64,000 nt of DNA, from assembly GCA_012295275.1 (NCBI GenBank), contig CM022672.1:16988001-17052000 (forward strand), written 5' to 3'. The notes below the pieces were generated by a model that was given only the letters and a program-made list of their open reading frames with translations, made no database searches and had not been told where the DNA came from. Position 1 is the stretch's first letter, and every line of letters starts with the position of its first letter. The translations under genes were made by a program, and so were the position numbers. The DNA comes from Chrysomallon squamiferum (taxonomy: Eukaryota; Animalia; Mollusca). Below are positions 52,365-64,000 of the stretch, one piece after another.

Positions 52365-53512
52365 TAAAGGAAATAACATGTTAGTGTGTTTTAAATTATC
52401 GTAACATTAAACAGTTTTTATCTCTGTTTATATTGTATAGTACATTCGATTTATCGCCATGCAATAAAGACATAACAAAACAATAATTATTTACGTGTCT
52501 ACTGATAATTTTTGTTGTTAACAGGACTCTAACGTCCACTATTCTCTTTTTCACAGTTAATATCTTGCTGAAGCGCAAGATGAAAATATTGACTAAACCT
52601 TTTGCAGTTTTCCAAATTGATTACTATTTTTTAAGAAAGAAAACCTGTATGTTCTTCTGGTATCTATGAGAACAAATTATAAGTTTTATATTTAACGAGA
52701 ACTATTTATTGCATATATCCGCAACTTTGGTGAAAACGTACAGGTTCAGAACACTGATTATTGCAGTGGATGTGAACAGCAATGCCTATGATCTGATTAG
52801 TGTAGTTTTCCTGAGGGAAACAAACACTTTGCTTCTCAAATCTCGGATATATAACAGCATTAATAATATTCTGACATCGATCTTCATCATTTTGATAAAT
52901 CTCTTTAAGATAAATGCTCATTATCATGCAATGTTTCTTGATGATTCGAACAACGGTTTAAATTTTATATATAAATAGATGAATTAAAACTGAATTAATA
53001 TTTGTCAGAGAAACTACATTTTAATCTTATGTAGAAAAAAAAAAAAAAAATGTAATCCAAATAAAAATTAGTAAGCTATCACGAATAGTTTTCTTTGTTT
53101 ACCACAGAAAGTCTATAGCAGACATAGTATGAACATACAGAGTTGAGATTAAGTTGTGCAAATAGCCTCCTTGCATTCAAAATATAATTGTGCATCTGTT
53201 TATACTACAACCATTTATCCTACTTCAAAATTAACCATTGCATGATAGTAATGTATGATTAAATAAAGATAAAACAATAAAAAATTGTATAATCGCCTTA
53301 GAGTTTGGTACATTTTGATTAAACAATTTTATCGACGACTATATTGTTTGTATTACATGAATCATTTCCACGCAGCATATAACAAAACAGTAAAAAACCC
53401 ATTTTGTAGCTGAATATTGATACCAATTACCATCTCATTATCCTATTAGAGAGATGCATGGAACCGTAACGTGATTTGCTGGTTACTGTACATTTAAAAA
53501 TGATCTAACATG

Positions 53513-53594
53513 TATAAAAAACACAGACACGTAGATTGACTTCACTTGGGAGAGTCCTGCTCTTGTGCCATACATTTTGTTTAGCAATATCCAG
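53513..53594 (+). promoter_or_regulatory. Gene 2 TATA box (53513), Inr-like TCACTT (53542) and non-coding first exon ending at CAG|GTAATA
   Basis: TATAAAA about 30 nt before the Inr-like motif; donor at 53595; acceptor TTAG at 53761-53764 just before the ATG. Confidence 0.55.
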
Positions 53595-53771
53595 GTAATA
53601 AACCTCTTTTTTTGTGGTAAGGTATTAACGAAATTTTACTTATATATTAGCAGTAACCTGTTTTATATTTGTGTAATTTAGTACTGTTATATTTTATACT
53701 CGTGTTTCAGTTATATTTTTGTCCTGTCGTAATTCGTAACTTGTGTATATCTCTTTTATTTTAGCCTTATC

Positions 53772-53838
53772 ATGGACGTCCGGTGGTTGGGATTCCTCTT
53801 TCTTGTGTGTCTTACATCTAGAGTCTGCCTCACACAGA
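53772..53838 (+). CDS. Gene 2 signal peptide exon (MDVRWLGFLFLVCLTSRVCLTQ)
   Basis: ATCATGG start context, hydrophobic core, phase 1 donor GTAAGA. Confidence 0.8.
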
Positions 53839-54061
53839 GTAAGATATTTATTATCACTTGAAATCTACTTTACAAATTAACACTGATTTATTTGATCAGT
53901 TGCACCTTCAGGATTGACTCTACTTTGATATTTTTCGTTTTCGACAGGAACACATGAAAGAATAATTAATATTATTTTCAGTAGTATTAGCTGTTTCTGG
54001 TCAAACTTTATAACTGGGTATACACTGAAGGATAGCACAGAAAGGTTTCAGAAAAGAGAGA

Positions 54062-54100
<39 letters not shown>

Positions 54101-54453
54101 GTTTTTGTTTTTTCTTTGTTTTTTGTTTTTTTAATGTTTTCAAACCGCCAATTGTAGGAAACGTAAAATACTTTTTTTTACATAAGATGAGACTAAAACT
54201 GATAATCGGTCAGCCATCAACAACTTGATGAAACAGCGAGTTTAAAAGAAATGGCGGCATCAAAATATCACGTGACTACTGTTGAAATTCCACACATAAA
54301 AATTGAGTTGTCGACGCGATTAGGTTGTTAAGTGAATTGATCTTTAGAGATTGTTTTAATTTCACCTTATGACGCCATTTATAATATTTTTAGTATATTT
54401 TTAAATGTTTAGACAGTTGTGTACTGCTTACTGGAGCAACAAAACAACAACAG

Positions 54454-54484
<31 letters not shown>

Positions 54485-55041
54485 GTAAATAAAAAGATAA
54501 ATTCAGCTCTAATATACATTATTTACGGTTTGGATAATGTAAATACAGGTAATAAAGAAAATATATAAAGGAAACTCCAACTTATTAACTTTGCATAATG
54601 TCTTAGATATTACAGAACACAAAAACACAGTCAGCAAAAATTATGATCCTGTACTGTAATATGTGCACAGTAATATGTAGTTTTGGATGTTATAAACACT
54701 AAAGCAATGAATAGTAACCAACGGCAGGAACGAGGATGAGACAAAGGAAAGGTAATGTTATTTGAGATGCTTGGACGCGATGATGACTTTCCAGAGCGAA
54801 AGCTCTCGTGTAATATATTTTACCGACTGGTCGGAGTCCTGGTCGTAAATCCGCACGGTCATTAAAAAAGTAGGTAGGTAAGTGAGGAGTGTCTGTATTT
54901 TATTGTCGACAGAAACAATTAAGACACTAACATTGATAGTTAAAAAAAGGTTTAGAGGGATAACTGTATGTAGTGAATGTATGAGCGAATTCATGACCTA
55001 CCACTTAGCACGGTAACCAATGAACCACATATATATCTAAG

Positions 55042-55094
<53 letters not shown>

Positions 55095-58000
55095 ATACAC
55101 ACCAGTTATCCCAGTTACAGAAATAAAAGAGAACTCTTACAAGATGAAAAATTATATTTGTTTGAGTTTTCATTTTATTATCATTATTTTATTTAATCAG
55201 GAATATGAAATTTAGATGGAAAGCCTATGACACATGTATATCGCGACGCAAACATTTCGATAGAGACACCTATTTTAAAAAATATTTTATTTTCAATAAT
55301 AACAACAACAGCAAAAATTGATTACGAGAATAATGAAAATCAATGGTGACGATGATACTGATAATGCTGATAATTAAAAACCAAACCGGACAAAGCCAAT
55401 TATTTTCAAAAATTATTCTAACTTAGAAGCCATTTAACTTTCCTTAAATAAATTTAGTTAAGTTTATAAAATGTTGTGCCTCACCTATTTCGTTTCATTT
55501 TACAATTATTTCAGTACCTGAATTTTATATGAAAGATGGAAAGGTCAGTGTTGCAGAAGAAGACGGTAAAGTCACAGTAACAGTGAAAAGAGACAAAGGT
55601 CCTGGCGTTGTCCTTCCTTCCATTACTGTGAAATTAGATGTTGTTGATAACACAGCAACATCAGCTGATTATAACGTCACTGAGAATCCCATTTTTGTTG
55701 AGATTAGAAAGGATCAGTTGGAATCTACAGCCGAAATCACAATAATAGATGACAATGTATGCATACTTAATTATAGACTTGCACGAACTCATAAATAAGT
55801 TAATGATTTTCAGAAAAGAGATGGTGTTTAAAAATGAGAACTTTTCGTTAGAAACAAGTTCTAATTAAAATATCAACAGGATTTTAAAATATTTAACAGG
55901 ATTTTTATTTATTTATTTAATTTATTTTCATTAATTATTATTATTATTATTGTTTAAAATTTATTGTTAGATAAAGCAAAACACTTTTTGCAAAAAGTAA
56001 AAAAATTGTTCAAAAACAAAAATTTGATATAAATATAGATTTTACATGTTTATTCATAGAAAAATATACATTCTAAATTTTAAATCCACAGCAAGAAGAA
56101 CCTAGTGAAACTTTTGAAGTGTCAATTAAACCTGATTCTACTTACACTGTTGGAGCCACAGCAAAGACTGTTGTTACGATAACTGACAACGATTGTAAGT
56201 GATGCAAACTCTCAGATATCTAAATTAGAAAATTAATTCAAGTACTTATATACGTGATATCATTTCTTTTCAAATACTGACATATTTTCTAACACTCATT
56301 TGTAGAAAAAGAAAAACACTCATTCCTGTTAATGTTATTAAAAAAATGTACGGTTTTCTTCTTTTTCAGTTTCAGCCATCAACATAGGAACACCTTCAGC
56401 GGTAGTTAATGAAGATGATGGAACGATATCTATTGCCATTGTAAGAACATTTCCAGACGATGGTGCTGTAACACCACTAACTGTGTACCTTGCGGTGACT
56501 GCTGGAACTGCAACTGCAAATGATGATTATGAAACACCTTCACCTTTGAGCATTGACTTTCCTTCTCCTTCTCCTGGCACAACATCGGATGAACAGTTGT
56601 TTAATATCACTATCAAACAAGATGATGTAAGCATCTTCTGAGTTTTTCTACAAACTTTAAATATTTTGTTATAAAGGTAGTTATGCTGTCATCGGTTTTA
56701 TTATATGAATTCAAAACAGCTGTTGATTCTCTGACATATATTTCGATTTAATAATTTCAGATTGATTTAGTTTGGTACATTTTAAGTGAAATATTTTATG
56801 TCAGGGTTAACTTTATTATTTTTTTTTCTGCTTCTTTCTCAGTTATTAGTTTTTGCCTGGTTCATACTATAAACTTCTATTTTCATTTTCAAAATAAAAG
56901 AGTTCACAGGATTGGACTTTTGAATTGGTTTTATTAAAGTAAATCTCTGAAAACTTAATTTGCCTTCTGCTTTTTCCATTATTCATTGTGTAAGGCAAAC
57001 ATTTCATGAAATTAATAAAATATTTAGAGATTCCAAACAACAGATGAAATAATTCATGGAATCAGTAAATAAATTCCTTAATATTTTCATGAAATAATGT
57101 CATTAAAAAAATAAAATAAAAATCTAGACAAATAATGTTACTTTAAAATCGAAAGTTCATAATAAACTAAAGTGTTGGCCATTTGTTGGCACAGTCTTCT
57201 TTAAGAACGAAACTCCATTTAAATGATAACATCTTGAGACGAAACTGTGAGGAAAAGCTGTTGACAAATTTGGTTAAATATTTCTGTGTTTTTGATCTTT
57301 TTGTTTGTACATGAAATAAAACACTACAGATCATTTTTTTAAAAATTTTATGAAACTTTATGCATTTTAGTAGATAATTCTTCATTTCGTCAAAATTCTT
57401 TCAAAATGTTTAGAGATTTTAGTGAACATAAAACGCCACTTCTTTCATATGTTTACATAATTTCTAATGTTACTGATTTTAATTTCAGTTGTTTGAACCA
57501 GATGAAACATTAACACTTAGTGTGAACGAGGTAGACTCTTACAAATTAGGAATGTCAAAAAGTATCGAAATAACAATTAAGAATGATGATGGTAAGTAAC
57601 TTGATACATAAGAAAATGCATGATTTTCATGATGTTTATTTCTGATTTTTAAGAGTTGTAGTATGTCTAAATACAGAATAGATTTTCTAAAGAAACCCAC
57701 TGTCTATGTTAGTAACAGTGACATTTATCAGAATAACCGATAGGTTAAATTTTCAATGTATTGTAGTCATCAATATTTATGTTATTCTTACACAATTGTT
57801 GTCAGAAGAGTGTGGAAATGAAACAGAGAATGAATTGAATGAATAAGAACACAGTTCCACTGTCAGAAACAGCTGTAAAAATTTCAGTGCTTGATTACTG
57901 ATAAGAAGAGAAGAAACGCCACTTTTATAACTTTATGCATTTTTCAAACAGCAAGGTATTTACTCTTCCCTAAACTACTATGCCTACATGGTGTCTGTCT

Positions 58001-61000
58001 AGTTGTACGTATATGTTTGTGTCTTTATTAATATAGATCTTTATGGATTTGTTTATGTGTACATGAACATTTGTGTGTTTGTGTATGTGTATCTATGTTT
58101 ATAGTTAGATAGATACACATCCCCATAAATACTTAAGCTTACAGTTAATATATTCACTTAATTATGTATATATTTCACAGTTCCAACAATATCACCGGAG
58201 ACACCAAATCCAACACACGAGTCTATTGGACCAACAGTTTTGACTGCAACAAGAACAAATAGACTGACTGGAGAATTCTCTCATGATCTTTCAATCTCTG
58301 ATGACACAGCTGTTGTAGGCAATGATTATGTTAAACCAGATGGAGCTAAATTTGTCTTTGCAAATGGAGAAGCCAAAAAATCGATTGAAAATGAGCATAA
58401 AGATGATATGGTAAGTTAAGCGAGTTAAATTTTCTATATATGTAAACTACAATTATATACTTTTCAAACAAAACAAAAAACGAAAAATGGAACTCTGTGG
58501 TAAAATTTTAAATTGAGTCTATTGAAAGCAGTCTTAAACTTCATAGACAGTTGTTGAAACAGCAAAAAAGTAACCTGAGTATCATAATTACTTAATTCAT
58601 TATTAATTAATTTCGTAATATAAATAATCCTCATTTAGAATTTTTTAAATATAACATTCTAGAGTTTAATATGTATTTTGTTTCCTAGTTCGAGAAAGAG
58701 ATTCTGGAGTAAACATGAGTTTATGATCGCATTACACTTAATATGAATATACATTTATACATAAGAAGTCGGGTATCATTCAGTTTATGTATCAAACTGA
58801 TTACCAAATTGGACACTGAGAGCTCAGTCTATGTTTTATGTATTATATTTATGATTCGGTTATATTAATCTTAACTCGTGGACATTTTTTGTATGTAAAA
58901 CTTTCTTCCGACATTAATGCCAAATTTTGAATATCCATTCCTACTATTACCCATTTCAGATAATTAAAAATTATCATATTAAAATACTTATCGAATACAC
59001 GGTCTCATACAAATACTTTTCTAAAATACATTTTCGATCATAAAACCCAATCCTTATATATAGGTTCATAATAATACTTATTTATAAACCAGCTTATGGC
59101 ACGAATTCACATTTCTAATATTCTCATTGTCAAAATAACAGACATTTACCAGCCTAACAGTATATGCTTTTGTTTAAATGCACCAGTTTACATAGGAATT
59201 AATCGAATACCTATGATACAGTAATAGTTATCAACAGATACAACAATATATACATATATTTGCATACACAGAATGATTTAGACTTAGAAGAGTTAGCTTC
59301 TGGAGAGAATGTGAGGTCCCTTGCTGATGTAGAAGATCTAGAAAGACAAATCTCCGACAACGAACAAAAGTTTTCGAAATTTTCAGGTGAGTATTCATAT
59401 ATAACATAACATTGACACTAAGTTCTTTTAATTTGTGAAACTGTATTATTACTCAGCACGCACACACATACACACATTATATTGTTTTGAGTATTTTTTT
59501 TAACTTTTATTTCAAACACCATTTTATGTTTTTCATTTTTTTTTTTCTTTTCTCTTTTTTTTTTTTTTAATGTGGCAGTATTAATTTCTTTCTTTTACTC
59601 TGTACATTGTATAGGATTCCATGAAACTATATTTGAGAAACACTCTTGCTGAACGAGAAATATATATTTGTTTTAATTATTTACACAGCACTAGTACGAT
59701 ATTATAACTGTTTTAAGGCAATATATTCAGACCATTGTTAAAAATATACAATCGAGTGGGTGTAGTATTACGGAAAAGTGGGTGCCTCAGCTGAAACTAG
59801 TTTAATAACATGTGACGCTATTAAGGGATGGTTATAACGTCTGTGTTCTTTCTCATGGAATACTAGTACGTTACAGGATTTTATTTCACTGTTTTAAATA
59901 CGTATTTTTATTTCACACAGATGAGCCCGGACAGCGAACCAAAAAAAGTGTTTTGAAGGCAGCCGAGCATTACAAATGGCCAAACACAACAATTGCAGTC
60001 ATTATACACGAAAGATACAGTAAGAAAAAACACTGTAATATATCACAATATTATTACAGACTTCGTGAAAACTAGAAGATTGAACACAGGTTAACCTCAA
60101 TACAAATAGGAATTAACTGGACATAAACTGTGCACGTAATGTGTACATGAGGTTTATAAAACCAAAGAAGCAAACTCCACAATATTTTCATGGACGTATT
60201 AATGATACTGAAACGAACAGTTATCTAGACGTAGTTTAGGGTTGATACTTTGTCTAAAGAGGTATTTGTTTATGTAAAGATCTGCTTACAGAAGATATAT
60301 GTGAATACCCAGAGCAATCGATACCTCACGTAATTCAAATAGTGATGAGCGTGGGTGAAAGGACTAAATTCAAGACATTTATTCAAATAGAAATACCTGG
60401 TTTACAGATGATATTATCTCAGGTTCTTTAAGCATTTTGTTGATATCAAATAAAAACAATTCTTAAAAGCCTTTTTTTATTTTAAATAAAGGACACACAC
60501 ACAAAAAAAATAATAAATAGGGTTAGATGATTAAAATATTATTTTATAACATTTGCGATTTAAATTTACGGTAGACACTTTCACCTCTATATTTGTCCTT
60601 TAAATACATATATATAATATATTTCAGCATCTGCTCAGAAAGAAAAACTAATGGACGGTATGAAACACTGGGAAAGCCATTCGTGTTTGAGATTCAACAT
60701 TGTGAAATCTCACATAGGCCCGCATATTAAGTTTGTCAAGGGAAACGGGTAAGTAATGCTATTTTTATGTTTATTGGCTATACTACTACTTCTACTGCCT
60801 AAATATAAAACCTACAGTTAATATTATTACTACCAAATCTGTTACATAGCCATTATTATTATAATTATTATTACAAATATCTCTACACTAATTGAAATGT
60901 ATACAATATGTATCTCACAAATTCAATTATTTGTTTAAAGTATGTGATTGTGGATTGGTATATTAACTGTAATTAGTACAATACACGTCTCACTGACAGA

Positions 61001-62346
61001 TTTACTTACAAATATATCCTAGTGTGAAATCACTGATGATTTGTGACCAGAAATAAAGGAATAAAGAAATATATACGAATACAGAAACAAACAACAACAC
61101 ACAAAACAATACATACACTTTTAAGATTAAATAAGAAATGCTGTTTCAGATGTTATTCTTCAACTGGGATGCAAAACAGACCAACAGGGCAAGATATTTC
61201 AATTACTTCAGGATGTATGTATGTAAGTGCATTTGTGTTTAGTGTCTTTTAAATGAAATGTATATATATATATATATATTATCCTACATGATTTAATGAA
61301 TATGTATTTTACACATAAACCGGTTATTTAACACATTAACGAATACAACTACATCGTTTAATATCTAAGATCTTTACAACATTTTTAATTTAATTCATTT
61401 GATTTTATTTTACTTAGCTCAATTTTGTATTTTATTTTTAATGTTTTAAAAGCATTGTTCTTTGTAATTAATAGTTTTATTTTCGTATAATTATTACAAA
61501 TTCTGTATACTTTTATAATTATCACTCTAATGCAAATTACTACTCCCTGAATTTTTCATATATATATATATTTAATTTTTTTTTTTTTTTTTTAAAATAA
61601 CAATATGATAACAAATTATTACATAATTCCCGTCTCAGCGATATCCAATAATTCAAAAAAAAAAAAAAAAAAAAAAACACATTTTCTTCTTTCAGTATAA
61701 AATAGGTTATTTACTGTTAATGTCCAGTTATTTCATTATATAGGATTAATAAATCATTTATTTATTTATTTGCTGCGATATATTGGCAAGAAACAAATGT
61801 TTAAGAATCATTCATTCATTCTTACATTTAGAAAGTACAATTAATATCTAATGAGTCACACTGGAAAAATAATTGTTCATGAAATGGAGAATCGACTGGG
61901 TTTAATATGCAGTGAATTTATTTGTTTATTTAGACTGGTACAATAGCTCATGAAATGGGACATACGCTGGGTCTATACCATGAGCAGGACCGCCCTGACA
62001 GAGACAAGTATATTACAGTAGTAGAAGACAAAATAGCAACAGGAAGCTTAGGCAACTACCAGAAACGAACGTGGGATAAAGTAAAAACCATGGGAATTCC
62101 GTATGACTACACTTCTTTACTGCACTACAGAGAATACGTGAGTACTTTGGATTTTCTTCTTTTATTACCAGACAAAAAATATTTTGATATATTTTTGATT
62201 GTGTGTTATTTCTTTATATGTGTGTATATGAGAAATGTGTTTATGAGAGATATTCTAATGTTTATTTGTGTGAAATTTATATAGAGTTAAGCAGACAGAA
62301 AGAAAGAACGGGAGAAGAGGCTGATATTAACAAGAGATGATGATAG

Positions 62347-62443
<97 letters not shown>

Positions 62444-63094
62444 TATAGGTATTTCACATATTTATGAAATATACACAAAAGTCTGTATATGGTCTGAATG
62501 AATCATTAATTTATGTAGAGTGAGAATTATCAAAACTGAAATATTTAGGCTATTTATTAATACATGAAAAGGCATGGCCGATCAGATAACTCTTTCATTA
62601 TGTATCTCACGATATAGAAACAAATATGAATAACAATACAATGTAAGTGAACTAACAGCGTGAAATATATAAGCTGATGTTTTTTGCAGTTCTTAATATG
62701 TCGCTAGGTTTTATATTCCATACTTTCACACCCAGTTATTGAAATACAAGCACACTCACAAAACAGTTTTTTCTTTTGTTTTCTATTGCTATAAGCGAAA
62801 CCGGTATTAATACAATAAAATGATTTAATTATTACATTACGAATAAAATATATATTTTCAAATTGTTTTTGTTATTAATTAAGACATATTTTCTGTCTCT
62901 CTATGTCTGTCTATCTGACTGTCCTGTTTTTCCATCTGTCAATTTAAACACTTAATATTCACATTTTCAGCAATTTTCAAAAGATGGAAGCAAAACTATT
63001 ATAACTGTAGACGATGACATGCATGAGACGGTTGGTAATAAGAGGAGGCTTTCTTTCTTTGATGCCAAGACGATTAACTATCAATACTGTACAG
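53772..63094 (+). CDS. Gene 2 (multi-exon span, 3'-incomplete): chimeric SP-Calx-beta x2.5-astacin metalloprotease
   Basis: 12 coding exons, all phase-compatible and stop-free (1738 nt); the last six are paralogues of gene 1 exons 3-8. Confidence 0.8.
55515..55756 (+). CDS. Gene 2 Calx-beta domain 1, first exon
   Basis: VSVAEEDGKVTVTVKR...DNTATSADY...EITIIDDN; phase 1-0. Confidence 0.9.
56092..56194 (+). CDS. Gene 2 Calx-beta domain 1, second exon
   Basis: QEEPSETFEVSI...VVTITDND; phase 0-1. Confidence 0.9.
56370..56626 (+). CDS. Gene 2 Calx-beta domain 2, first exon
   Basis: VVNEDDGTISIAIVR...AGTATANDDY...FNITIKQDD; alternative in-frame acceptor at 56376. Confidence 0.9.
57489..57591 (+). 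CDS. Gene 2 Calx-beta domain 2, second exon
   Basis: LFEPDETLTLSV...IEITIKNDD; 103 nt like its domain 1 counterpart. Confidence 0.9.
58181..58410 (+). CDS. Gene 2 Calx-beta domain 3, first exon only (partner exon absent)
   Basis: DDTAVVGNDY...FVFANGE..K....DD; phase 1-0; donor GTAAGT. Confidence 0.85.
59272..59386 (+). CDS. Gene 2 paralogue of gene 1 exon 3 (prodomain)
   Basis: NDLDLEELASGENV...; 115 nt, phase 0-1. Confidence 0.88.
59921..60019 (+). CDS. Gene 2 paralogue of exon 4 (RTKK, furin site lost)
   Basis: EPGQRTKKSVLKAAEHYKWP; 99 nt. Confidence 0.9.
60628..60748 (+). CDS. Gene 2 paralogue of exon 5 (astacin)
   Basis: GMKHWESHSCLRF; 121 nt. Confidence 0.9.
61150..61222 (+). CDS. 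Gene 2 paralogue of exon 6 (astacin edge strand GCYSSTG)
   Basis: 73 nt, phase 2-0. Confidence 0.9.
61934..62137 (+). CDS. Gene 2 paralogue of exon 7 (HEMGHTLGLYHE; SLLHY)
   Basis: 204 nt, zinc motif intact. Confidence 0.94.
62971..63094 (+). CDS. Gene 2 paralogue of exon 8 (end of astacin domain)
   Basis: 124 nt; the EGF exon is expected beyond the window end. Confidence 0.9.
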
Positions 63095-63139
63095 GTATTT
63101 ACATTGCTGTGTTGTACTGTTATCTTGCTGTCTCAGCAA

Positions 63140-64000
63140 ATCACTACTGTACAAATATAATATGATTTACAAATACTCTTCCACTGTCACTACAAATCAG
63201 GTGTTACATCATTTACTGACATAGTTCCATGTCCATTTTCGCTAGTACATTTTCCACAATTTATTGACATTGTTCCCTGTCAGTGTACCACGAAATGACA
63301 TTTTTCCAATACGACATTAACTGACACTATAACAACTGCACATGTATTGTACCAGTTACTGACACCGTTTTATCCTAAGAATAAAACAAACATTGCAGCA
63401 TGTACTGACACTAGTTACCATCAGTACAGTACAACACGTATTACATGTACAGACACTATTTACCAACAGTATAGCACAAAACATTTTTACATTTGCTGAC
63501 TCTATTTACGATCAGTATAGTACAAAACATTTTTACATTTACTGACAAGGTATACGATTATTATAGTACGAAACATTGTTACATTTACTGACACTGTTTA
63601 CGATCAATATAATACAAAACAGTTACATTTACTGACACTATTTACCATCAGTATATACAAAACATTGTTACATTTACTTACATACTATCTCCACTGTAAT
63701 AGATGTTCTTGTATTGTACAATTTACTCATACTATCCTACTATATTGTTCCGTTTACAGGCACTGCTCACTATCAGTATAGTACAAACACTGTATCATTT
63801 ACTGAAACTATCCTACTCTCTCTACAATGTAACAACTGTACACGTATTGTACCATTTTACTGACACTGTTCTGTTATCAGTGTATCACAAACCACTGCAG
63901 CATGTACAGATACAGGTCCATTGTCAGTGTAGTATAACTGGACCATTTATTCATATTAACTATTATCTCCACTATTATATAAAAAGTGTACATGTACTGT
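63140..64000 (+). repeat. Same minisatellite of about 45 bp in gene 2, with more regular units
   Basis: Recurrent TTACATTTACTGAC and TAGTACAAAAC motifs. Confidence 0.78.

Larger units (their letters stand above)
58543..64000 (+). repeat. Segmental duplicate of gene 1 region 11245 to about 22100, with internal deletions
   Basis: Collinear intron and exon similarity visible by eye throughout. Confidence 0.93.

Noticed and set aside
59272-63094. Excess of A/G changes between paralogues (13 of 24 single-base replacements) as a trace of A-to-I editing sites
   Set aside because: K/R, I/V, N/S and T/A are the commonest conservative exchanges and the codons are A-rich, so no editing explanation is needed. 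The sample is small and the taxon unconfirmed.
58543-64000. Gene 2 astacin region as an uncollapsed haplotype of gene 1
   Set aside because: About 41 differences in 736 coding nt, loss of exon 2, a deletion of about 0.8 kb in intron 3, and absence of the transposon and inverted repeat fit a paralogue better than an allele. Read data are still needed to exclude it fully.

Overview
AT-rich, microsatellite-dense invertebrate nuclear DNA with GT-AG spliceosomal introns. The repeat texture resembles a mollusc or cephalopod, but the taxon is an inference. Two + strand genes were rebuilt by hand from splice sites and intron phases. Gene 1 (CDS 9349-45569) is an astacin (M12A) zinc metalloprotease. 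Its order is signal peptide, prodomain ending in RTKR, catalytic domain, EGF, CUB, a Cys-rich CCxGY module, 27 one-domain-per-exon TSP1 repeats (25 intact, 2 disrupted, plus 7 intronic pseudo-exons), then a hydrophobic GPI-type tail. It gives about 2148 aa if all intact exons are joined. Gene 2 (CDS from 53772, running off the window) appears to be a chimera. A signal peptide and 2.5 Calx-beta domains are joined in frame, through a visible intronic breakpoint, to a duplicate of gene 1's astacin region. The duplicate has lost one prodomain exon and the furin site, and its amino-acid changes cluster at the active-site cleft. Both catalytic domains carry Leu in place of the Met-turn Met. Also present: a fold-back DD41D Tc1/mariner derivative, a Tigger fragment, a probable MITE, a tRNA-derived SINE, an intronic inverted duplication, and decayed copies of the start of the HExxH exon. 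All models come from manual reading, with no transcript or database support.
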